DNA of 64,000 nucleotides from an uncultured Candidatus Binatia bacterium. GTDB lineage: Bacteria; Desulfobacterota; Binatia; Bin18. Position numbers and translations under genes: made by a program. The DNA is taken from contig OZ243979.1 of the NCBI GenBank assembly GCA_965214755.1, forward strand, positions 344,350 through 408,349, given 5' to 3'. Position 1 is the first letter of the stretch, and each line of letters opens with the position of its first letter. Shown here piece by piece: positions 49,861-58,892 of this stretch. The notes below the pieces were generated by a model. It made no database searches, had not been told where the DNA came from, and worked only from the letters and a program-made list of their open reading frames with translations.

Positions 49861-50802
49861 ATGGCAGAAATACGTGAAATAACCTCCGGCCTGGAATTTC
49901 CCGAAGGCCCGATTGCCATGGATGATGGCAGCGTCATCCTGACCGAGATCAAGCGCGGCACGCTGACGCGGGTCAAGCCTGATGGCACCAAGGAAGTCGT
50001 GGCCGAAACCGGCGGCGGGCCGAACGGCGCGGCAATCGGGCCGGACGGCAAAATCTACGTGTGTAATAACGGCGGTTTTGAATGGATAGAAGCCGGTGGG
50101 CTGACCGTGCCGCACGGTATCCCTGAAAGCTATACCAACGGTTATATCCAACGGGCCGATATCGACACCGGGGCGGTGGAAACGATCTATACCGCGTGTG
50201 ACGGTAATAAGCTGTGCGGCCCGAACGATATTGTGTTCGATGCCCAAGGCGGCATGTGGTTCAGCGACTTCGGTAAGATCCGCGACCGCGACCGCGACGT
50301 GTGCGGCCTCTATTACGCCAAGACAGACGGTTCGCTCATCAAGGAAATCGTCTATCCGATCCATGGACCGAACGGTATCGGCCTGGCCCCTGGCGATGCG
50401 ACCTTGTATGCGGCCCAGACCTTTGAGGCCCGGGTGTGGGGCTGGAACATCACCGGTCCGGGCGAGTTGGAACGCGTGGAAGGGACGGGTGGTCCGCTCT
50501 TGGCCGGTCCGGGTGGTGGCGTCTTGGTGGCCGGTTTGCCTGGCTATCAGTTGCTGGATTCGTTAGCGGTTGAGGCCAACGGCAACGTGTGTGTGGCGAC
50601 CATCCTGAATGGCGGCATTACCGTGTTTGCGCCAGATGGCTCGTCGGTCGAGCATGTGCCCGTGCCGGGCGACCCGGTGGTGACCAATATCTGCTTTGGT
50701 GGACCGGACCTGAAGACGGCCTATATCACCCTGTCGGGCACGGGTAAGCTGGTGGCCATGGACTGGCCGCGGCCGGGCTTGAAGTTGAATTTTACGTGTT
50801 AG
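49861..50802 (+). CDS. SMP-30/gluconolactonase/LRE family protein
   Basis: GLEFPEGP, GGPNG, PNDIVFD, PNGIGL, DSLAV, TNICFGG. Confidence 0.93.
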   Translation: MAEIREITSGLEFPEGPIAMDDGSVILTEIKRGTLTRVKPDGTKEVVAETGGGPNGAAIGPDGKIYVCNNGGFEWIEAGGLTVPHGIPESYTNGYIQRADIDTGAVETIYTACDGNKLCGPNDIVFDAQGGMWFSDFGKIRDRDRDVCGLYYAKTDGSLIKEIVYPIHGPNGIGLAPGDATLYAAQTFEARVWGWNITGPGELERVEGTGGPLLAGPGGGVLVAGLPGYQLLDSLAVEANGNVCVATILNGGITVFAPDGSSVEHVPVPGDPVVTNICFGGPDLKTAYITLSGTGKLVAMDWPRPGLKLNFTC

Positions 50803-50858
50803 GCATCGCCTTTCGCCGGGTCTGTGGAAGAGAAGGGGGCAGCCGCTGCCCCCGACGT

Positions 50859-51338
50859 TCAGGCCAGATGCTCGTGGCCGGGCTTGTGATGATGCTCCTC
50901 ATGCGCCTGCGGACTGGTCGGGCGGACATCCCGGCCTTTCTCGTGGCTGAGGCAGATACGGCCCAGAAATTTGACATTGGCGCAGGCGTCAACCTCGCCC
51001 ACGTGGCACTCTGAAACGTTTGGAATAAAAAAACGATACGGCCCGCCTTTGTTCTCCGGCAGGGCGGTATCGTTGAGACGATAGGCGATAATGCCCTCCT
51101 GCACGGCTTCCAACGGCACACTGGCGGAGAATTTTCCGTCGGTGGACTCCAGGGTGATGTAGCGAACGGTTGCTTTTGGCTCGACCTGATCCAATACCGC
51201 TTGGAGGCGGACAGCGCTGCCTTCTCGACCGGGAATAAGCCGGCTCACGTCCTCAATCTGCTCCGATAGCGCTCGCAGCTCGGTAAAACCAAAGGCTTGG
51301 GGCGACCGGACTTCGCCTTCAATGTGTAATTGTGTCAT
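50859..51338 (-). CDS. molybdopterin-oxidoreductase-like single-domain protein with His-rich tail
   Basis: LHIEGEV, DGKFSASVPL, LPENKGGPYR, ANVKFL. Tail HEEHHHKPGHEH. Confidence 0.7.
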   Translation of the reverse strand: MTQLHIEGEVRSPQAFGFTELRALSEQIEDVSRLIPGREGSAVRLQAVLDQVEPKATVRYITLESTDGKFSASVPLEAVQEGIIAYRLNDTALPENKGGPYRFFIPNVSECHVGEVDACANVKFLGRICLSHEKGRDVRPTSPQAHEEHHHKPGHEHLA

Positions 51339-51482
51339 ACCTTCCTCCTCCGGTTCACAAGAGAGATGGTCCGTATTATACCCCGGCTAAAGGAAGCCGT
51401 CTCGTAGGGTAGAACGGGCCGTTGACCCTTCATAGCCGGTGGGGCAAGGTAGCGCTCAAGCTGCGTGGAGAGGAACACGGCG

Positions 51483-52355
51483 ATGCGGATTATTAGCTGT
51501 AACCTGAACGGCATTCGGTCGGCGGCGAGTAAAGGGTTTTTTGTCTGGTTGGAAAAACAAAGCGCCGACGTGGTGTGTGTCCAAGAACTCAAAGCCCAGG
51601 AAAAAGATATCATCCCGACCTATCAGGAAGTCGGAACCCTGACCGGAACGTTTCACTACGCGGAAAAGCCGGGTTATTCCGGCGTGGGCATCTATGCCCG
51701 GCGGCAACCGGATAGCGTCCGGGTTGGCTGGGGCTGGCCTGACGCGGACCGCGAAGGACGTTATCTGCGGGCGGACTTTGGCCGGCTTGCGGTGATTTCG
51801 CTCTACCTGCCATCCGGTTCGAGCTCCGAAGAGCGCCAGCGTGTGAAATATCAGTTCATGGACAAGCTCTTACCGGAGCTGAAAGCGCTGCGCGCCAGCC
51901 GCCGCCATGTCGTGCTGTGTGGGGATTGGAATATCGCCCATACCAGGAAGGATATAAAAAATTGGCGTGGCAATCAGAAGAACTCCGGCTTTCTGCCCGA
52001 AGAGCGCGACTGGATGACGCGGGTGCTTGACGAAGTCGGTCTTGTGGATGCGTTTCGACGGGTTAATCCGGAAGCGGAAGAATATACCTGGTGGTCGTTT
52101 CGCGGCCAGGCCTGGGCAAAAAACGTTGGCTGGCGGATCGATTACCAGGTGGTCACGCCGGGGTTAGCCAAACTGGCAACGCAGACCACGATCTACAGGG
52201 AAAAGCGTTTTTCAGATCATGCCCCGCTGAGTATCGATTACGACTATGCGTTTGACAGTTCACAGCCACGCAAGCGAGCCACGGCAGGTTCAAGAAGCGC
52301 TCGTTCACAGAAAGCTTCCGCAAAGAGCCCTGCCCGGAAGCGTCGGTCGGATTAG
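51483..52355 (+). CDS. xth: exodeoxyribonuclease III / AP endonuclease
   Basis: NLNGIRS, QELK, GYSGV, GDWNIAH, YTWW, GWRIDY, SDHAP. Confidence 0.96.
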   Translation: MRIISCNLNGIRSAASKGFFVWLEKQSADVVCVQELKAQEKDIIPTYQEVGTLTGTFHYAEKPGYSGVGIYARRQPDSVRVGWGWPDADREGRYLRADFGRLAVISLYLPSGSSSEERQRVKYQFMDKLLPELKALRASRRHVVLCGDWNIAHTRKDIKNWRGNQKNSGFLPEERDWMTRVLDEVGLVDAFRRVNPEAEEYTWWSFRGQAWAKNVGWRIDYQVVTPGLAKLATQTTIYREKRFSDHAPLSIDYDYAFDSSQPRKRATAGSRSARSQKASAKSPARKRRSD

Positions 52356-52640
52356 AGGGAGAAGAGGTAAGGAAGTAAGGTCCCTCTCAGGCTACCCCTT
52401 TTTTGCATTCCGTAGTTTAGAGAAGGTCCGCTTTCGACTCATGCGAAAGTATACCATACATTTGTCAGTCTGGGACCGTCCCAACGAGGGGTAGTGGGTC
52501 AGTTTGAAATCTCAACCTCTTGACATCCACGAAAAAATGTCGCCCGTTTCTCCCCCCGAGTGGGCGACCCGTCTCGATTGACAGGTTCAGAAGAGATAGG
52601 GTAAGGAATAAGGAAAAAGGGAGAGCATGAGTTCGCTGCT

Positions 52641-52916
52641 ATGAGTATCTACGCCGTCATTCTCACGCACCCTCGGAATGAAGTCTGGGCAAAACTGCAA
52701 GAGGAGTGGCCAGACCACCATTACTTAATGAAGGCGAATCCCACTATTGCCTTTGTCGCCCCTCCCGGTATCACCATAGAAACCGCAATCGGTAAGACAT
52801 TGGGAATCGACGATAATGGGGATGTGGCAGGGATGGTCGTTGAGATCATAGATTCTACGCACGGCTATGTTGAGGGCGCTTTAGTAGATTGGATTAAGAA
52901 GGCGCGCAATGGCTGA
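52641..52916 (+). CDS. hypothetical passenger protein (small alpha/beta)
   Basis: 91-aa ORF inside the cassette, overlapping the next ORF. TTGACA upstream. Confidence 0.7.
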   Translation: MSIYAVILTHPRNEVWAKLQEEWPDHHYLMKANPTIAFVAPPGITIETAIGKTLGIDDNGDVAGMVVEIIDSTHGYVEGALVDWIKKARNG

Positions 52917-53205
52917 GGAAAACGAATCATTAGAGGACATAAAGAAACTTCTTTCTGGCGAAGGCGCGGGCCTTGATTCCAACCTCACCCTGCTTGCCCT
53001 GCTCGAAGTCCAGAAGTCAATCGGAAAAACGGAAGCGAATGTGGCAACTCTTCTCAGAACGGTGGAGGGGCAAGGAAAAAGGCTGCTCCGCGTTGAGATA
53101 GCACTGGCATTTGCCGCTGGTGGGATCGGTCTTCTGATTTACTTGCTGAACCTCCTTGGCAGAAACATAGCGGCTATCCACGCTTTGCTTGCGTCATCTC
53201 ATTAA
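52909..53205 (+). CDS. hypothetical passenger protein (coiled coil plus C-terminal TM helix)
   Basis: LLEVQKSIGKTEANVATL heptads, then IALAFAAGGIGLLIYLL. Confidence 0.7.
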   Translation: MAEENESLEDIKKLLSGEGAGLDSNLTLLALLEVQKSIGKTEANVATLLRTVEGQGKRLLRVEIALAFAAGGIGLLIYLLNLLGRNIAAIHALLASSH

Positions 53206-53318
53206 ATCTGCATAAATTTCAAACTGACCCACTACCCAACGAGGGTGGGTCTTGCTCCTGAGGAGTGCGTCTTATACTAAAGGGAAGGACTGGGGGATTT
53301 GTATTGAAGCGGCTCTAT

Positions 53319-53729
53319 ATGACCCGCTGGCTCGTTCTACTGCTCGTCTTCGCCTTTATGGGTCAGGGCCGAGTCGGGCCGGGGCTCCAGTTGCTCCTCT
53401 TTGCAGACCAGCATGCCTGCTGTCAGACGAAACAGCACTGTCCCATCTCATACGGGAAGAAGATACACACGCATTCCTCCCATAGTCCGGCTTGTCCGCA
53501 TGCGCATCAGAAGTCACGGGCCAGCTTCCAGTGTGCTCTGCAAACCTGCCATCCGGCCGGGTCGGATGGACGGGTGTCAGCGCAGTCTCTCCGATTCGTG
53601 TTGACGCGGAGCGCTGGACTGCCTGGCCCTCAGAGTCAACGATGGTTCCAGTTTTCACAGCCACTCCGCTATGCCGAGTTGGCTATTACACCCCCCACGC
53701 CTCCGCCCCGTTCTCCACAGTTCGTGTGA
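53319..53729 (+). CDS. DUF2946-like His/Cys-rich exported ORF upstream of the TonB-dependent receptor
   Basis: N-terminal hydrophobic stretch, HACC...HCP...HTHSSH...CPHAH...CH, C-terminal PPTPPPRS. Confidence 0.6.
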   Translation: MTRWLVLLLVFAFMGQGRVGPGLQLLLFADQHACCQTKQHCPISYGKKIHTHSSHSPACPHAHQKSRASFQCALQTCHPAGSDGRVSAQSLRFVLTRSAGLPGPQSQRWFQFSQPLRYAELAITPPTPPPRSPQFV

Positions 53730-53864
53730 TCATCAATTGCGCTGTCTCAGCAGACAGCGCGCGTTAAAGGACCGCCCGCTCTTCGTGGCGAGAGTGCTGC
53801 CATACGAGCGGGTTGAGGTGCTGCACGACTCGCGCCCGGCCAACTGAAAGTGGAGAACAACACA

Positions 53865-56108
53865 ATGTTAGAACGGTACTCGTGCATCTGGAGAAAATGC
53901 GTCTGGAGTCTGGTTGCTCTGAGCTTGTCTGTAGCTATCGGAGAACGGGCGAGCTTTGCGCAAACCCAGGAAGCGACTTCAGACTCCAGAGAAGGACTCG
54001 CACAACCGGAAGCGGTTGAACTGGAAGACATGCTCGTCTCAGTCGAACGTATTACCCCTGTCAGCGGAGCGGCGACCGCTGTGGTGACGGCTGAACAGGT
54101 CCGGGAATATCAGGCCAAGGATGTTGCTGAAGCCCTGAAAAACAGGGTCCCCGGCGTGACCGGCAAGCGGAGCGGCGGCATCAATCTTGACCCGGTTATT
54201 CGCGGGCTGCGTGAAGACCGTCTGAGTGTCATGACCAATGGCACGAAGATATGGGGGGGAGGGCCGTTTCGTATGGACCCGCCGACCTCGCTGCTGGATG
54301 TGGATGAGTTGGAAGCCATCGAGGTAATTAAGGGACCGTACTCGGTGACGCGGGGTCCGAGTAGCATCGGCGGGACCATCAACTTGGTCACCAAGAAGCC
54401 GGAACTTTCATCGCACTGGGATGCGCATGGTTCGCTTGGAGCGGCCTATGCCAGCAATTACAACGGGTTTACCACCAAGGCGTCGGTCAGTGCCGGTGGG
54501 CCGGCCTTGGCGTTCCGGTTGGCCGGCAGCTACCGCGATTATCAGGACTATGACTCGGGTGACGGCGAGCGGATTCAGTCCGGATTTCAGAGTCAGTCGG
54601 TATCCGGCACCCTTCTGTGGCAACCGCATGATAATCATCGTTTTCTCCTGTCCATGAGCCGGGAATCCGACCGGGATACCCGTTTCGCTGCACTGCCGCT
54701 GCACATGGAAGAAGACGATGCCTATCTCGGCTCCGTGTCCTATACCATCAGCAAGCCGTTCCCGTTTGTGGAGAGCCTGCAACTCAGCGGCTACTACAAC
54801 TACGTGCACCATCGCATGAACAATGACCATAAGCCCTATCGGGCCGGGAGTGGCGCAGGCGGAGGCGGGCAGAAAGGCTCCGGCCCCGGTATGCGGGATG
54901 GCCACGGCGACACGATGGATAATAGGCATGGTGGGCATGGCGGACACGCACACCCGGTCCGGCGTATTATATTCCCATTGGACGCCCGAACCTTTGGTGG
55001 ACGGGTGCAGGCGAACATCCTGCCGGGCTTTGGGGGCCGCCTGTCTCTCGGCGGAGACGTGTACCGGCTCGAACGCGAGGGCACCAATCGTCTCTCGTTT
55101 CTCAGTGGAGACATGGCCGGCACCACCCGCTATTTCCACGCTTGGCCGGAGACGCACATCATGGACGGCGGTATCTTTGGAGAGTACGTCTATCTGCCGG
55201 CTCCGAAGTGGCGGCTGATTGTTGGCGCGCGGATCGATTTTGTTGATGCCGGTGCGAATCCGGGCTCGACCGAGCGCATGCAGTACCACAGCTATTACGG
55301 CGACGGTGCCGATGACGTGGACGCCTTTGAGGCGAATGTGAGCGCCAACGCCCGGCTGGTCTACTCGCCGGTGTCCTCGCTCAATCTGTTTGTCGGGGTG
55401 GGCCGCGCCGTGCGCACCGCGGATGCGACCGAGCGGTATTTGGCGTTGGGGCCTGGACCTGGCGGTTTTTATATCGGCAACCCTGGTCTTGACCCGGAAG
55501 AGAGCTTTGAGGTCGATACGGGCATCCATGCCCGGTGGGGTCGATTGGTTATGGACGGGGCCCTCTTCTACAACCGGATTGAGGACTATATGCTGCAATA
55601 CATTCTGGACCGGACATTCCAGTGTCCGCACGGACCGTGCAACTTGCGCGGGTTTCGTAATCTTGATCACGCCACATTGTTGGGGGCGGAACTGAGCCTG
55701 AGCTATGCGCTGCGCGAAAACCTGTCGCTGCACGGCTCCTTTGCGTATGTGCATGGAGAAAACGAGGAAGACGACCGGGCGCTGCCCGAAATTCCTCCTT
55801 TGGAGGGCCGGCTCGGGCTGCGCTATGAGCATCCGCACTGGGGCCTCTGGTTCAACCCGATGCTCCGCCTCGCCCAGAGTCAGCATCGTATTGACACCGC
55901 GTTCGGCGAAGACGCGACGCAGGGGCATGTGACCGTCGATATCGGCGCTGGCTGGCGCCTGTTCGGGCGTCACGAACTCATGCTGCATGTCGAGAACCTG
56001 TTCGACAAAAACTATAATGAGCACCTCACCCGAGAGAATCCGTTTACCGGCAGGGAAGTGTTCGAGCCCGGACGGGTTGTGACGGTCGGCCTGCGGACAA
56101 CGTTCTGA
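53865..56108 (+). CDS. TonB-dependent receptor, OprC-like (metal)
   Basis: Signal peptide, plug (DPVIRG...RMDPPT...IEVIKGP), ENLFDKNY, EPGR, terminal Phe. Confidence 0.92.
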   Translation: MLERYSCIWRKCVWSLVALSLSVAIGERASFAQTQEATSDSREGLAQPEAVELEDMLVSVERITPVSGAATAVVTAEQVREYQAKDVAEALKNRVPGVTGKRSGGINLDPVIRGLREDRLSVMTNGTKIWGGGPFRMDPPTSLLDVDELEAIEVIKGPYSVTRGPSSIGGTINLVTKKPELSSHWDAHGSLGAAYASNYNGFTTKASVSAGGPALAFRLAGSYRDYQDYDSGDGERIQSGFQSQSVSGTLLWQPHDNHRFLLSMSRESDRDTRFAALPLHMEEDDAYLGSVSYTISKPFPFVESLQLSGYYNYVHHRMNNDHKPYRAGSGAGGGGQKGSGPGMRDGHGDTMDNRHGGHGGHAHPVRRIIFPLDARTFGGRVQANILPGFGGRLSLGGDVYRLEREGTNRLSFLSGDMAGTTRYFHAWPETHIMDGGIFGEYVYLPAPKWRLIVGARIDFVDAGANPGSTERMQYHSYYGDGADDVDAFEANVSANARLVYSPVSSLNLFVGVGRAVRTADATERYLALGPGPGGFYIGNPGLDPEESFEVDTGIHARWGRLVMDGALFYNRIEDYMLQYILDRTFQCPHGPCNLRGFRNLDHATLLGAELSLSYALRENLSLHGSFAYVHGENEEDDRALPEIPPLEGRLGLRYEHPHWGLWFNPMLRLAQSQHRIDTAFGEDATQGHVTVDIGAGWRLFGRHELMLHVENLFDKNYNEHLTRENPFTGREVFEPGRVVTVGLRTTF

Positions 56109-56129
56109 TGCAATATGGGCTGAACTGCA

Positions 56130-56157
56130 GTAGGGGCGACGCACGCGTCGCCCCTAC
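56130..56157. repeat. GTAG-type REP hairpin / possible bidirectional terminator
   Basis: gtaggggcgacgcacgcgtcgcccctac between convergent genes. Confidence 0.75.
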
Positions 56158-56169
56158 GTCCCGGCAAAC

Positions 56170-56439
56170 CTAGTCCGATGCTCTGGGTTGGGGCAGGGGG
56201 ATGGCTTCGTCAATCAACATGACCGGGATATCGTCTCGAATGGGGTAGCAATAGCGCTGGTCTTCACGGACCAGGGCCGTGTCCATTGCCGTGGAGACAA
56301 TCTCGCCCACCCGGTTTTTGAGGGTGCCGTTTTGAATATGGGCGTTGAGTGTGTCTACCAGCTCGGTCGGAGCCAAGGCCACGGGCTGCTTGGTTTCCGG
56401 ACAGACCAGAATGGCCAATAGTTCCTGACTAACCGCCAT
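56170..56439 (-). CDS. Trm112-like protein
   Basis: ELLAILVCPETK...YPIRDDIPVMLIDEA. Confidence 0.92.
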   Translation of the reverse strand: MAVSQELLAILVCPETKQPVALAPTELVDTLNAHIQNGTLKNRVGEIVSTAMDTALVREDQRYCYPIRDDIPVMLIDEAIPLPQPRASD

Positions 56440-57892
56440 ACGCCTCCCCTCCTTCAGGAATAGCGTCGATAGACAGCACGACCTCAAGCAGCACCCGCAC
56501 GGCCTCCCGTAAGGCCGCCAGGGGCACCCGCTCGTTCAGGCCGTGTACGCCGCGAGCATCTTCCGCTGCAAGTGCCAAGCCTGAAAAGCCGTAACTGGTA
56601 ATGCCTTTTTCTCTGAAATAATGCGCGTCGGTGAAGCCGCCCAGGACGCTGGGGAGGACCGGAGCGTGCGGGTCTCTGCGTGCGGCAACGGAACGGATCG
56701 CCTCGAAGAGGAGCGTATCCGGGTCCGAGGCAACGGAGGAAAAGTTTAACAGAGTTGAGAACTGGATATTCGGATCATCCACCAACCGTTTGAGCTCTGC
56801 GATGAATTGTTGCGGGTCTTCCCCCGGCAGGAGGCGGCAGTCAAGGTGGGCGAACACCGAGGCCGGAACGACGTTGGTGTTCGGGCTGCCGTTGAGAACG
56901 GTCAGGGAGATGGTATTCCGCACCAGGGCATTATAGCCCGGCGTTGCTGTAAATTGCTTGCGAAACGCCTCGTCCCGGAGGGCCTGTTCAAGCGCCCGGT
57001 AGTGTCGCGCCGTTTCCGCATCCTCGGAGTCTGCCAGGGCACTGAAATACGCCTGGACCGCGGGCACGACCTTGAAGGCCGTCTCATGGCGACGAATTTT
57101 GTCTAAGGCTCGCACGAGACGGGTCACCGCCGTCTCAGGCTGCGGACTCGCTCCATGTCCTGCCGGTCCTGTCGCTTTGAGCTCGATCCAACACGGCGCC
57201 TTTTCCGCCACTGAGACGCGATACGAGCGCTTACCATCACGCTGTCGAATGCCGCCCCCTTCGGTCAGAAGAAACTCCGCGTCAGCAATGCGGTCGAAAT
57301 GCGTGTCAACAAACCAGCCGGCACCTTTTCTGCCACCGACCTCTTCATCCCCTGTGCCGAGAAAAATAATATCACGCTCAAACCGCAGGCCACTCCGTTT
57401 GAGTAAGGCCAGCGTAAGAAACTGGACGACCCCTACGCCCTTACAATCGATCGCGCCACGGCCGTGGACGTAGCCATCTTTGATAACCCCGCCAAATGGG
57501 TCGAACGCCCATTCCGCCGGGTCGGCGGGAACCACATCGAGATGATGCAGGAGGATGAGCGCCTTTTTCTTGCCGCTGCCTTTGAGCCGGCCATAGACGA
57601 TACCTCGACCCGGCTCCGACTCGTAGACTTGGGCCTGAATGCCTTCCTGGGTGAGGATGTTCTGCCAGAACTGTGCCGCGGCCGTCTCGTTCCCCGGCGG
57701 GTTGGACGTATCAATTTGTACGACCTGACTGAGCAACTCGCCAGCCTCTTTTTCAACCACCGACCAGTCTATGTCCGGGATGACCTGGGTCTCCGCCGGA
57801 AGTGGACGGACAAAGACGAGCGGGAAGACAAGAAGCAGAGACAGCCAGACACGGCGGTCCAGGCCTCTCAATTTTTGAGTCTGGGTTATCAT
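56429..57892 (-). CDS. exported M20/M25/M40 family metallopeptidase
   Basis: HLDVVPA, GRGAIDCK, DEE, TEGG, TDAHYFR, HGLNER. Signal-like segment after ATG 57892. Confidence 0.9.
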   Translation of the reverse strand: MITQTQKLRGLDRRVWLSLLLVFPLVFVRPLPAETQVIPDIDWSVVEKEAGELLSQVVQIDTSNPPGNETAAAQFWQNILTQEGIQAQVYESEPGRGIVYGRLKGSGKKKALILLHHLDVVPADPAEWAFDPFGGVIKDGYVHGRGAIDCKGVGVVQFLTLALLKRSGLRFERDIIFLGTGDEEVGGRKGAGWFVDTHFDRIADAEFLLTEGGGIRQRDGKRSYRVSVAEKAPCWIELKATGPAGHGASPQPETAVTRLVRALDKIRRHETAFKVVPAVQAYFSALADSEDAETARHYRALEQALRDEAFRKQFTATPGYNALVRNTISLTVLNGSPNTNVVPASVFAHLDCRLLPGEDPQQFIAELKRLVDDPNIQFSTLLNFSSVASDPDTLLFEAIRSVAARRDPHAPVLPSVLGGFTDAHYFREKGITSYGFSGLALAAEDARGVHGLNERVPLAALREAVRVLLEVVLSIDAIPEGGEAYGG

Positions 57893-58084
57893 GCGGGTGG
57901 TCCTATCTTGTACATAGGGGGAATCCGATCCGTAGCGCTTCCCCCTGACCTGTTCCGCGCTTATGCCACACTCAAACGACTTCTTCAACGGCGAAGGGCG
58001 CCCGGACCGGACGACTTGCCTTGTTCTGGCTGGAGAAGCTCGATACAAACAGGCTCCGAAAAAACGACAAGAAAAGGACAGGCC

Positions 58085-58849
58085 ATGAGCGGACCTAGTA
58101 TATTCGATGTCAGCGGCAAGAGGGGGTATGTCACCGGTGGCGGCTCGGGGCTGGGGCGTGCCATTGCCCTGGGGATGGCCGAGGCCGGTGCGGCGGTTGT
58201 GGTGAGCGATATCAATCAAGAGGCGGCCCGGAAAGTGGCGGAAGAGATCCGCGCTCAGCATGGGGAGGCGCGTTCCCTGGCTATAGACGTGTCGCAAAAA
58301 GACCAGGTAGAAAAGCTGATTCAGACCACAACAGAGGAACTGGGCGGACTGGACTTTGCCTTTAATAATGCCGGCATCCTCAAACTCGGGAAGCCGGAAG
58401 ATATCAGCCAAGCCGATTGGCAGGAAGAACTCAACGTTGACTTGACCGGCGTGTTCCTGTGTTGCCAGGCCGCGGGTCGCTATATGATGGACCATGGCGG
58501 CGGAAAAATTGTGAATACGGCCTCTATTTCGGGTTTGGTTGTCAACTCGGGGCTGACCTATTCGACCGCCAAGGCTGGTGTCATTCAGCTCACCCGGGTG
58601 CTGGCCATGCGGTGGGCGAGACACGGCGTGTATGTGAATTGTTTCAGTCCTGGCTATATTCGCACCGGAATGACGGCACCGCACCTTACCCGGCCTGAGG
58701 TCGAAAAAGAAATGCTGCGTCAGACCCCGTTGCGTCGTTTGGGGGAGCCGCGCGACCTGATCGGCGCGGCCCTGTTCCTGGCGTCCCCGGCTTCGGATTT
58801 TGTGACCGGTCAGAATATTATTGTTGATGGTGGGGTCACCTTGACGTAA
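58085..58849 (+). CDS. short-chain dehydrogenase/reductase (SDR)
   Basis: TGGGSGLG, NNAG, YSTAK, VDGG. Confidence 0.93.
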   Translation: MSGPSIFDVSGKRGYVTGGGSGLGRAIALGMAEAGAAVVVSDINQEAARKVAEEIRAQHGEARSLAIDVSQKDQVEKLIQTTTEELGGLDFAFNNAGILKLGKPEDISQADWQEELNVDLTGVFLCCQAAGRYMMDHGGGKIVNTASISGLVVNSGLTYSTAKAGVIQLTRVLAMRWARHGVYVNCFSPGYIRTGMTAPHLTRPEVEKEMLRQTPLRRLGEPRDLIGAALFLASPASDFVTGQNIIVDGGVTLT

Positions 58850-58892
58850 GGGGCTGCCCTACTTGCCACACCCAGCACATCCAACAACGGGA

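Larger units (their letters stand above)
52490..53236. mobile_element. non-autonomous insertion cassette (IS1595-like ends), 21-bp TIR, 8-bp TSD
   Basis: GGTAGTGGGTCAGTTTGAAAT at 52490-52510 and its exact reverse complement at 53216-53236. CAACGAGG at 52482-52489 and 53237-53244. No transposase inside. Confidence 0.92.

Noticed and set aside
57893-58684. 751-aa peptidase with a long N-terminal extension, and the 461-aa extended SDR
   Set aside because: The extensions are antisense read-through of the divergent neighbour; the real starts are about 57892 and 58085.
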